A DNA stretch of 64,000 nt from Azolla caroliniana (taxonomy: Eukaryota > Plantae > Polypodiophyta), in assembly GCA_043228905.1 (NCBI GenBank), contig JBHGNT010000013.1, positions 17,732,001 to 17,796,000 on the forward strand, in the 5' to 3' direction. Under the pieces are notes generated by a model. The model was not told the origin of the DNA, did no database searches, and saw only the letters and a program-made list of their open reading frames with translations. The position numbers were made by a program, and so were the translations under genes. Below, one piece after another: positions 37,030 through 49,300 of the stretch. Numbering within the stretch: position 1 is the first letter of the stretch; every line of letters begins with the position of its first letter.

Positions 37030-39900
37030 TCCCATAACGTTTTCCGTTTCACACTCAAGACACTTAATATTGATCCCTAAGCATTCATATAACAATGAAT
37101 ATGTTGCTGGGACTTCCTTTGTCCTCACAGATGCCCTTTCCCAAAGCCAAGAACAACAAAAGTTCGAATATATCAAAAGTCACTCACACAAGCTAATCTT
37201 CTCCAATTACTCATGCCATGTAATCTTTTTAATCCCCTAGGCAATGAATTACAAATTTTTGAAAATCCCCTAGGTTCGAGTTCACTTGCCACTTCTTACC
37301 TTCCAACACTGCCACCCACACTACCAACCATCGGCCATTGTCAAACAAAGCACTTAGGTTTCCCCACAAGTGATACTCATTAGATGGGCACTTACCACAG
37401 ATAATTTGTCCATCACCATCACCTACAAACCATCCAGACCAAACCCCCTCTTCCTCATTCAACCTTTCTAGACCATCAACAGTCTTATCTATAAACTAGG
37501 TCACCTTTTCTAGCCTGCCAGTAATGCTACCTGTTTGACCCTCGCTCCTCTTCATTCTGAAAACCTCCCAATCTCTTACTGAACTAACATTGTACCCTAA
37601 CATGCGCCCCCATGGCAAATATTTTTTCTGTCCAAGCATCACACCGTCTTCAAAACAACGGTTGTTGGAGTTGTTCCTCCAACGTTTTCGGTTGCATTAA
37701 GACCAACCCTTCTCTTACACTTGACCAGGCCATAATTATGGCACGAGCCACCTTTCGACTTTGGGTCTGAACTGAACAACCACCACATATTTGCCTTCCA
37801 AGGGCCGTCATTCCTCGAACACCAAAGGTCAACTCTGTCCCTAAACAACATGTTCCACAATTCAAGTCTAGGTTGTAAACTTCGCACCAGTAGCTTACTA
37901 AGTAAATCCTTACTTTGGTGAACTGGATCCATCAACCCAAGTCCACCCTGGTTTTTTGCCTTGATCAAACAACTCCACACCACTTTAGTTGATGTTGTCT
38001 CATGGTCTCTACCCCACCATAGGAACCCTCTCACCATTGCCTTAATGTTTTTGATGCAAGCTTTGTTTAACATCCAGCATGCCACTGAGTGTCACATGGT
38101 GGCTAACAAAATGTAGTTTACCACGACCACCCTACTTGCAAGAGAAAGCTTTATTGATGCACATAATCAAAGTTTTTTTATTTATTTTGTCTTTCACTTG
38201 CTCAAGTTGTTGGTTTTTAGGTGTCTCAACTCCCACCAAAAAACACAAATATTTAACAACCGTTCCATTGGGAACCCATTGAAAATCCGCATTAGGGCAT
38301 CAAAGAGGCCATGGGTTTGGACTTACCCAGAATCCTCTACTTTTGTTCCAATTGATTTTCCCTCCTGACGCTTTACAAAACAACTCAATCCGTCTTTCGG
38401 CCTACTGTAAATTAGCGGCATTGCCTTGTAGATAGAGCATGGTGTCATCTGCACATGTTGAGTCCAACAACTCCTTGCTCGCATGTGGGACAACTAATCC
38501 CCTTATTCCTGCATCGGGTCTGTTTAAAAAGAAAGAGAATGCCTCTGTAATCGATCTCCATTGCCTTACATCAACTATTAGACCATGTACCGTAGGAATT
38601 AGAAATATCAGCCCCTCTAAAAATGCTCAGGTAAGCATCCAACATCCCATGCCTCATTAAGACCATCAACCAAGTCAACCTTAATCACTTCCCAAAAAAT
38701 TTCAAAAAAATCTCTTGATAATCCGTCGATGTTTGGACAAGACGTTCTACATATACCCGCCAAAGCATCTGACATCTACTCTTCCAAGAGTGGCCTTGAT
38801 AGATTAACTTGTGCAACCTCTAAAATTCTTTGTTGCATTCCCTCCAATACAAGTTCTGTCAGATTAGGTTGTTCGGGGATACTATAATTGTATGAGAGTA
38901 GTCCACGATAGTGAGTTGTGACCGCCTCCATGATCTCCGATACATCCTTCGACATTGATCCATCCTCCTTAATCAGCTTAGGATTGTAGTTATAGTTTTT
39001 CTCGGCTTTTTATACTTAAAAAATTGTTGATGTACCTTATCCTCATTCTTGCTCCAACATGTCGCTTAACTCTTGAATAACATCATGTTTCTAGACACAA
39101 TCAACTGTTGTAGCGTTTCTCTAGCAACCTCAAGACCTGCTCTAGACCAGTGACACGTGGGATCTTTCTGAAGCATTCTTTGGGCGGCTGCTATCGATCT
39201 TCTTAATCCCACTTCTCTTTCCTTAGACCTCACAATTCTATTTTTAGTCTCTGCGTGCAAATACATTGAAGTTTCAATAATCTTCCCTCTGGATTACTTG
39301 CCCATATGCTCCTTACCTTCCTTCCCACCTTACCATTCTCAAAAAGCTTATTGTTGATCCTCAGATTGCAATCCCTTTCTGGCCTCCTCTAGTTGACTGA
39401 CATAATCTTAACCGACATATGATCAGAGTAAATTGAACCGACGACGATTTCAACATTGTTACCATATTTGTCCAATTCCGAGCTTATGTATATTTTGTCT
39501 ATGCGAGACATGCAAAAGCAATTTATACGACAACCTGCTCTTGAAAAGCTTGGTGAACTCCGCAGCTTTTTTAGTACATACCAAGCATCTTTCACTCCTA
39601 ATCGACCCATCAACAAATCCCATGCAACTAACTTTGACCCTTGGACCACTTTATGTATGCCACCCACCTTGTCCTTTGTGTGCAAAGTCATGTTAAAATC
39701 CCCTACGAGGATCCGCACATCTGCAAATAGCAGGCCATTGACCAATTGCCTCCAAAAAAGGGCCCACAACGCTGACAAATTGGGCACATACACATTTAGT
39801 ATCCCGACTATACATTGATGCCATCTGACAGTCACGTAAATGGCAGGTCCCTCCACTATGGTGTCCTGGCCACAACAACATTATCCAGATTGTTCCTGAT
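37030..39900 (-). mobile_element. Degenerate L1-type LINE (APE + internally deleted RT)
   Basis: LNVYVPN, LVGDFN, SRIDKIY and SDH (APE); CPNIDGL, LIP..WRSIT, CADD, KYLCFLVG and VVWSCLIKAKNQGGLGL. Multiple stops; the 3' part probably continues past the MITE to about 36500. Confidence 0.85.
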
Positions 39901-40449
39901 AGATGTACAAACACCTCCTTTTCTACAATGCTCACCTGAACTAGGGACCAAAAAGTATGCCAATCCCCCTCAAGAGGATTGCCAATACTCAAGATTTTGT
40001 TCGCACTCAAATGATGCTCTTGTTAGTGGGCTTTTGTATCCAACCAAATTATTCTACCATGCCATACAAGAAAAAGCTACAAGGTAAATTAGTTCCTTCG
40101 AACATTGGCAAATCAATACACCTTTACAAGTCCATGCATGCATGGATCAGTACATTCCCAATGATCAACTCAATCTAAGCTATGTTAGGCTCACTCTACA
40201 TAACTGACACTAAGTGCCCACCATGTTTTGACCTTGGCACTCCCTAAGCATTACCCCATGCTTAGGATTGCAATTTTAATTTTGATGGAGTCTACTCTCT
40301 ACCATCACACACAACACAGACATTTGCACAATGAATTTTTTGTTCGGTCTATAAAACTAGAAAACAATTCTTAAATGTCCCAAGTCACGAATCAACTCAC
40401 TTCAAAGTTCAAACATACTACATGAGAATGTTTCACTTTTTGTCCCATA

Positions 40450-41600
40450 GGTCTGATTTGTCCTTTTCCATCTAATAAATTCTACCAACATATCTATCTG
40501 AAAAATGGGTGGTTTCGTAACTATTTTAATTTCTCTCAAAACACATCAACAATTCGAAATGGTTAGTCTTTTAATAAATCTCTCAAACATGAACAACTTT
40601 TGTTTGAGGGAGTGGTCTTCTAGCTGAACTCTTCTCCTTAATAGGTTCCTTGAGACTTGAATGGCCTTTACTCTTTAGAATATTTCAATAAGAAGAAAAA
40701 AGTGTGCGCATTAGCTCAAGGTATGGTGGTTTGATTTGTGAACCTATGACATGGATGAACATTGTCCACAGATAATGATATTAGCATAATAAAGTGTTAG
40801 GAAACATTTCAAAACATGAGGTGCTAGTTGAAGAGTGTTTATATCATTGAAAAACTATGTGAAACATGAACACAAATAAGAAAAAGCACACCTGATATAC
40901 CAAAACCCCGTATTAAATCTAAGAGTAAATATAATGAGTTCCAGATACATATATACATTACTTTTGTAATACTCTATTCAAAGAGTTTTTAATACTAATT
41001 TTTCTCAAGTAACCCAAATTTGACCTCATGCGTCCATCAATGCGGCCAACTCTTTGGAAACCATGATTTCATATAATTGTTTGCTCCTAGAAATGTACAA
41101 GATTATGGGCTATTGAACACCATTTTTGTTGACTAATAACAAAGCTTTCAATTCACAGTTCAACATTGTATGTAGATTGTGGTTTGTTTGAAGGGTGATA
41201 ACATTTTTTTACAAAACAAAATATCCCTCCATTAGTTGTATAAAAAGGTAATAACAACTACAACATACAAAGTATTTTTCCCCCAAGCCCGTCTTGTGTA
41301 AGACAATGCCTGAGGAAACAAATCTATGTACTCTAACAGTCCACTAATTTGCAAGCTATTCCATAGACACAATCCAAGGTATTCCATATCCATAGATAAC
41401 AACAAAAGTAGCTATATTCGGAAACATGCCCTCGTAGCTCATAGTTATGAACCATTTCAATACTTCTTCAACTTGCTCTTGTTCAACATAATCTTTATCC
41501 AAACAACTGAATGCTACCACAAGCTTTCAAGGAGAGAACAATGTATTTCATGCTTGTACATCTCGGATTTGAAGGTGATCAAATACGTTATGTGCTTTTT
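40450..41600 (-). mobile_element. Possible highly decayed PIF/Harbinger transposase remnant
   Basis: Minus-strand HGFQRVGRIDG (about 41035-41066) resembles GFPG..GAIDG; downstream RIVDVF*EKLK resembles R..VE.AFG.LK; many stops. Confidence 0.35.
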
Positions 41601-41699
41601 CAAGAGAACCAAATTTCACATTCATGACTATAAACTCAACAAGTATGCTTCCTCTTTCCACATCAACTATCTCACTGGTTACCACCAAATTCCTGTACA

Positions 41700-42520
41700 T
41701 ACAACAACAAAGTAAGTCAAATTTTCCTCTCTCCTCATGAGCTTATGGTTCGGCTCCCATCCATCATCACCCATCCTTATCAAAAACATAAAAACTGCTT
41801 CGTCAAGTCCACATCAACTATCTTGCCGATTACCACCAAATTCCTACACATATAACAATAAAATGAGTCAAAATTCCTCATCTTCTCATGAGAATATGCT
41901 TCGGCCTCCACACCATTAGTACTCATCCTTATCCAAAACAAAAATTGAATACCACCAAAATCCTGCACATACAACAATACAATGAGTCTTTCCTCATCTC
42001 CTCATGAGAATATGCTTCTCCCCCCACATCCTCATCACTCATCCTTATGCAAAAATTTAAATTCTGCTTCATCAAGTCCACATCAAACATCTCGCCGAAT
42101 ATCGTCAAAATCCTGCACATACAATATAATGAGTCTTGTTTCCTTATCTCCTCATGAGAATATGCTTCGCCCCCCACATCCTCATCACTCATCCTTATGC
42201 AAAAATTTAAAATTTGCTTCATCAAGTCCAGATCAAACATCTCGCCGAATACCGCCAAAATCCTGCACATACAAACAACTAAATGACTCTAGTATTCTCT
42301 AGAGGCTATGCTTCAGCCCCTACACCACCATCACTCATCCTTATCAAAAACATGAATTGTGCTACATTACGTCTACGTCAACCATCTCACTCTTGCAGAT
42401 TTACCACCAAAATCGTGTACCTACAAAAACAAAATGACATTATTCTCCTCACCTCCTCATTAAATTATGTTACAACCCTCAATGCCCTCATCACTCATCT
42501 TTATCCAAAATACAAACGAT
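41700..42520. repeat. ~150-bp tandem repeat array (5-6 copies)
   Basis: CTCATGAG at 41734 and CTCATGAGAATATGCTTC at 41885, 42001 and 42151, with degenerate copies at about 42300 and 42455. Confidence 0.9.
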
Positions 42521-43068
42521 GCTTCATTTTCCGCATCCACCATCTCGCCCCTGTCACTCCACAAGATTGCCCCTATCACATCTGCCTCTTTTATGTCCTT
42601 CCTGTCAACCTGTCAGTTAAAAAGGAAAGGGTGATAACATTACTAGAGGATATGTTGCTTTTTCTTTTACTTATTCTTTTGCTGGTTTCCAGCTAGGTAG
42701 GACCGCTCTCGATAAACTCTCTCACACCACCCCAACACATTTCTTCTTCCTTCTATGCCCTCCATTTTTATTTGTGCCTCTACATGTGCAACCCAACTTA
42801 TATATGATATTATTCTCTATTAAGGATAAAAGATAGTATGTGAACTTTATTGACATGTTCTGCAAAGTGCATGAACCTAAAAGGTTGTAATTTGTAAAAT
42901 AGACATAAAGTTAACATGATAATGTACAATTTTCAATGTGTATATGTTTACCTTTGTAAGTTTGAAATTTTATTCACGAAACTAACCATATATGTAAACA
43001 TCAACTTCTATGAGCACCAAAATATTAATTCATTTTCAGCAACTTAGGCATTAATATATGAACATTGA

Positions 43069-46000
43069 GGAGATCATCACCTCTGGAAGCATGCCGGAGG
43101 AATTTGGACAGGGGATGATACATCTCATTCCTAAAAGTGGTGGGAATGCCAACGACATTCACAAGTGGCGGCCCATTACTCTTCTCAATACTGTCTATAA
43201 GTTGCTCGCAAAAATCGTGGCACGTCGTTTAACTCCACTTCTCCCTCAACTCATTCATCCGCCCCAGGCAGGTTTCGTTAGAAATCGGAGCATCCTAGAC
43301 AACCTCTTCTCATTTTGGGAAGCAGTAGCCCTTGCCAAGCAGACCAACAAGAAGGTAGCGGTGGTGCTACTAGATTTTGAGAAAGCATATGACAGGGTAT
43401 GCTGGAACTTTCTAGAAAGTGTGATGAGGAAACTCGGCTTTCAAGAGACATGGATCAAAGGCATTGCAGGATTTTATAGGAATGGCAGCAATTGCGTTTC
43501 GCTGGCAGGTGAAAGGGGCCCCTTTTTCCGAATATCTCGCTCTGTACGGCAGGGATGCCCACTAGCTCCATCCTTATTTCTATTATACGCCGAAGCACTC
43601 TCTTGCTTTCTCAACTCGTGGCATCTCAACCTACGTGATCTTCCCATACCTCATTCTTACCAAAGCATCCTGGATATAGAATTTGCAGATGACACAACGG
43701 TCTACTTGCAAGGGGACTTGGAAAACCTCCAAAAGCTAAAAAGTGGGCTAGTTTTATTTTGCAAGCGATCCAACGCCATGATCAATTGGCACAAATCCTG
43801 TGCAATATGGCTCTCTCAGGAAACACATCCGGCGTGGCACCCACACCCCGCTTTCAAGTGGATCAATCAAGGAACGAGCACCAAATATTTGGGCTTCCAA
43901 ATTGGTTTCAACATACCGTCGAAGACTATGATTGCACTCATTATCCTTTCCATTCGACAAAAGTTGATACATTGGAGCTCTAAAAAATTGTCGCTAGTAG
44001 GTCGCATCCTAGTGGCAAATCAGGTACTCCTCGCAACAACATGGTACAGTCTATCATGCTGGACAATCTCCAAGGAAAGTATACATCAGATTCAATGACT
44101 GGTCTGCAACTACATTTGGTCTGGTAAGGAAGACCATGTAGCTCGCACCAAGGTGGCGTGGCCTATACTCACAACGCCTAAGTCGAGAGGGGGATTGGGT
44201 CTTATTGATCCCCTTTCACAATCGAAAGCCTTACTTGCCAAATTTGTGGTGCGAGGACTCCAACCAGGAAATGATTGTTGGAAAATGCTACTGAGGTTAC
44301 GTTTCGCTTACTTTAGGCCACGAAAAGGGGTCAATTGGGCCCCTCAAATGGGATGGATTCTAAACATGGATCTCAAACCTAGTTTCTCCCGCCATTTGGA
44401 GGACAGATTTAGTGCATCCATGTGGAAGGCATGGTGTGACATTCGTCGAGGGCTCTAGTGTGATCAACCGAGATCCGAACTTGCCTGGCTCAGTCAACGT
44501 ATCCTATGGAACCCATGTCTCAAGGATGAATCTAATCAACTACTGGGATCATGTAAGGGGTTGTCATGGGGATACATTGCAGAAGGTCCAGGCAAAAGTA
44601 TAGAATGTTGGCGACGGTTTATGTCAATGCCACTACAAGATCAAGCGAACATACTCCATGGAATCAGGGGTAGATGGACTATGAGATCGGAAATCATTAA
44701 CGCGCTACTGATTAGGGAATCTGCTACTCAAAGGACGACAATGGAGAAATGGATAGGCCACGAGGAGGAGGGTTCTCTGATCCCGAGAGGTAGTGGATCA
44801 CCAGACAGACTCGAAGGCCCTGAATTGCGAGACACTGAGACACCCGCACAGAATAACGACATTTGAGTACTCATGTACACTGGTCATAAATGGATTGTAG
44901 ATCCTAATCCGATCAAAGTACAACCCGATTGGCATATATGTACTCATGAAAACACATGGTTACGTAAGGTCAGTTGGGACCCTTTGCAATGGACATGGCG
45001 TGATCCCTATGCGGGGCAAGGAAGCAAACCCATCCCTTTCTTCCAATTCACAACTAGATTGGGTCGCCACATTCTAGCTGCTCAAGCCGCCCGAGAACCG
45101 GCTGTTGCGAAGGTCTGGCACACATTTCAAGTTCCCTCCGCAATAATCACCAAGTTTTGGCAGAAAATCTAGAAACAACAACACGCGAGGCGAATTACCA
45201 CTTTCCAATGGCTGTTAATACATAAGTCCCTACCGATGGGAGCATGGCAACGTGGGAACCTTAGCTCTCCTAATTGTGTAGAGTGCCCACATGCAGTAGA
45301 ATCCATACGACACGCTCTGTGGGACTGCCCAACGTCCCATAGAATATGGCGGGGGGTTGGCCGCTTGTTACAATTATGCTAGGTGCAAGGTTCAATCAAG
45401 TGGGGAAATATATGTTGGCTATCATGGCAGGCTGCAATTGGCCGATACGAGCATCAGGAGGAGGGGATGACTTTGGTGATAAAAGCACAAGAGGTCCTTT
45501 TCTCCTCCAGTGGCAATGTCCACTCTATTCCTCTTAATGACAAATCTCAAGAGGTGTTGGAATTGGTTAGCCCAATAACCCTTTGGATTCTATGGAAACA
45601 ACGATGTAGGCGAGTCTTCTCCAACCAAACCGCCCATCCAACAAGGTTACTGCAAGAGATATGGAGTGAAATTGTAGCCACGCTGAAGAGCCAATATGAT
45701 GGCCTTAAAGGTGGCTCTGAGGGAGTTGAAAGACAACGCATAGCCTCCAGTGGCAATGTCCACTCTATTCCTCTTAATGACAAATCTCAAGAGGTGTTGG
45801 AATTGGTTAGCCCAATAACCCTTTGGATTCTATGGAAACAACGATGTAGGCGAGTCTTCTCCAACCAAACCGCCCATCCAACAAGGTTACTGCAAGAGAT
45901 ATGGAGTGAAATTGTAGCCACGCTGAAGAGCCAATATGATGGCCTTAAAGGTGGCTCCGAGGGAGTTGAAAGACAACGCATAGCCTTCATCCAACAATGG

Positions 46001-46121
46001 TCGTCCTCTCCCTTTCTTGAGTCAGTGGGCTTCCACATTAGATGGAACTATCGCGTCCCTTTAGGGATTTGTACATAATCGTCTCATTTGTAAAATTTTG
46101 GAAAAAAATAAAAAAAATAAA
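43069..46121 (+). mobile_element. 5'-truncated L1-type LINE with poly(A) tail and 11-bp TSD ATGAACATTGA
   Basis: RT motifs WRPITLLN, LDFEKAYD, RQGCPLAP, FADD and KYLG; zf-RVT; A-rich tail 46102-46121; TSD at 43058-43068 and 46122-46132; premature stops at 44098, 44458, 44866 and 45172. Confidence 0.93.
45504..45983 (+). repeat. 240-bp in-frame tandem duplication inside the L1
   Basis: 45504-45743 and 45744-45983 differ at one position seen (T45718/C45958); CCT microhomology at the junctions. Confidence 0.95.
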
Positions 46122-46974
46122 ATGAACATTGAAGATAAATGCATAAGCTAATTGAACAATGGAGTGATGATCCTCATCAAGCTAAATCCAAGTGTTCTAT
46201 TCGGGAGTTTCCTCAACAACTTGAACCACTTACATGACCATAGATTTACATACCTAGTCGAATATATGAAAGTTGAAACATGTGCTTATTTGTGGGTTGT
46301 TGCTATAAAATGCACTTTTATGTGGAGCCTTCAATAACTCTCCAAACTCATGAGACAATACTATTCCAAATCCATAATTAGAAAATCTCACAAGACTAAG
46401 CGAGCTTATTGAAAATGTTGCACCCATTTGCTCTATTTGCTTTTCACCATAAAACCCACTCATACTATGCAAGGCTCGAAAAGTTATAATTATTGCACAA
46501 TAATCAATATGATAAATTCACACATGAAATACATCTTGACCATGCTTTGAAACTTTCAAATATTTCTTTCGTTTGGCTAGATCCTAAAGTTTGGGAAATA
46601 TTCCTATGAAGTGTCTTTGCAAAGGAAGAGACTAGTACTCATCAACAACCACTACCTTTGGCATGAGCTCTTCAAAAGAATAGTCTTCTCTTTTGATACA
46701 AATGCAAATGGATGTTGATATCATGGATAGCCTCAATATATAGATTGATCATTGCAAACATGCCCCAAGGCAAAGAGAATGTGCACAAACAAGGAAAGTC
46801 TACTTGTCACGTCCTAAGGTAACTTGTAGAATATCATCGACATTGCCCAAATAGGATGCATTCATTATATATGGCCAAATACTCAATTATACGACATAAT
46901 AAAAAGTGAAAAAGTAGTGGGATCAAGAGAGTTGCCCTTAAAAGACAAGATAGTCTAGCACTTTTTCATGCATC

Positions 46975-47290
46975 ATTGATGATAAATTGACATATTTGTG
47001 GAGTTTAACAAGATTAGAAGGGCAAGGTGGTATTCTTGCTTGCAATAATTGTATATAGATAATTAAGTGTCAATGAGCCAACCTCATGGTTTGAAAATGC
47101 ATGATGTGCAGGCTTTTGTGGCACAAGCATATAGAGAGGATAAATCAACCATGTCCCAAAATAATCCAAATAATATAAGAGTTATAATGGATACCCTTAA
47201 ATTGTATGGATGAGTTGTTCGATTGGATTTTAACTTTAACAAATCCAAAGTCTTACTCTTGACAATATACAATTGGTATCAAGTTTTGTG
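46975..47290 (+). mobile_element. Possible LTR end with tRNA-Met primer-binding site
   Basis: ...ATACA-AT-TGGTATCAAG at about 47267-47283 matches the canonical CA-nn-TGGTATCAGAG junction; no partner LTR found. Confidence 0.35.
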
Positions 47291-48049
47291 ACCAAGTCAG
47301 ACTATTAATTCAAACAAAATGGTTAGAGATCGTTGTTATGGAATGGGATGGAATGCAATAGGGAACACAAATGTTGCAGGGGTTTTTGCAAAAAAGTGAG
47401 ATAAAGCAAAGTAATACAAAGAATATTGCACTATTTTTTTTTCCAAAAAAAAAAAAAAAACTACTAGTCCTCCATGTGGGAGTATTGTTCAATAAATATT
47501 CATGGCTTAATTTGCCTTATTACCTAATTCTAAATTGATGGCTCCACAAAAATGATATAAAGTAGTAACTATGAAATCATAAGTCTCTTTTGGTCCTATA
47601 GGCTATCACAATAGAAACTATGCACACCACAACAAATCTAGTGAGTGTTAAGGGAAATAATGTCATATTTCTTTAGTTGTAACAAACCCTATAGGCTTTA
47701 GTATTTTCAATCTCAACAATTCATTATATTAAGTCAAATATATGCAAGAAACATGGTTATATTATAATTTGTGAGGAACTGCCCTTTATTATGTAGGACC
47801 TGTCAATGGGCTTGTAATGTGAAAGGGACCATAATTAATTGAGATATACATATTTCTTATTTAGTAATTAGACAATTCTTATGTTTTTTATATACTAATT
47901 ATCTATTTAATTTAAACAAAAATATTTCTTAATTAGTATAGTGATTTAGTGTGTCTTAATTCATATCAACTTAAGAAGCCTTCAAAGTTTTCGTGGTTAC
48001 ATGGAGTCGAGAGGTAAGTGCTTTTATGAATTGATGTCCTACGTGGTCT

Positions 48050-49300
48050 TTGCCATTGCGAAATGACATCCCGCAATCCCACAATTAGTCTACAAACAGT
48101 AAGTCAACTCATTGGAACTAAGTAGTAACCCATGAAAGTGCAACACTCCAAGGTATGAGTCGTGTTAATCCCTTCGGGAAAATGGGATTCGATGAGGAAT
48201 AAACATTCTTAATTTTTAGTTATTTATGCTCGTTAGAAAAACAACTTTAACATTGCCTTGGCCTAAGATGCCAACATTCATGTTTGCTAATTAAAAAACT
48301 AAGATACTTTGTTTGTGGGATACTAGGTATAGGTATTGGCTTATACTATTCGGGAAACTTGACAAAAATATCAAAGGACATCCTTTCCATTTCTAGCTCC
48401 CAAAAGACTGTCGATATTACAAGTGACCTAAAATGGAGAGAAAGAAGTTCAATCCTAAGGATTTGTTTGCACTTAAAAGCATTAGTTGTAGGGTCATTAA
48501 CCGAACAAAGAACTTTGAAAAGGGGTTGAAATTAATTCAAAATACGATAACTTATCAAGGTCACTTATTAAGCCTCAATGACATAGCATGCCATTTTAGT
48601 ATTTGGCCACATCATCAACCCATAGGGAATAAAGTTAACAGAGTTGTTACTCTCATTAGTACTTCTACCTCTTTTAGACAAAGAGTATATGATTTATGAT
48701 TAGATGTTCAACAAAGGCAATGCAAATACTCTAATACATACAATCACCACAAATTTAGTATATCTGTTACGACAAGCATCTTGGTTGTTTCAAGAACATG
48801 CTAATGTTTCATGACACTTGAATCACAATTCTTGTGGAAAAACAAGCTTATGAGTATATAGACTTTAGGTCTTCCACTTAAGCAAAGGGTATTCTTGTGA
48901 AGTTTCTTATTAAGTGTGCCTCCCATTAGGTTGAATCTTCGAGAGAGAAAGAATAATTTTGTCACATTGTGGATGGTGTAGAGGAATAATCTCAGAATTT
49001 CTTGTGGACAGCCTGACAGGCCAAAGAATGTGGACAAAGAACCAGTACATGCCTTTGACACAGATTTCCTTGGCAAAGGCCATTTGGACAAATTCGACGG
49101 GGCTTTTCGATTAATGCCAATTTCCTACAATGGTTAAGTTTTTGGGCACTTTGAACCATCTAAATAGTCCACAATACTAAGATGTTTCATTAAAATTCAA
49201 GTAGAGTAAGCTTTTTCTACCAGTAGCTCAAATGATCTCTGTTTTATTGTCTATAGCTTAGGGACATCAAACTTCATACGTCAATTGTGGAATCAGCTTT
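48050..49300 (-). mobile_element. Decayed Ty3/gypsy pol fragment (RT end / RNase H / integrase)
   Basis: Minus-strand KWPLP (WP.P), NCDSS (TDAS-like) and YKPIPIPS (GLLQPLPIP-like) occur in gypsy domain order; many stops and frameshifts. Confidence 0.5.
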
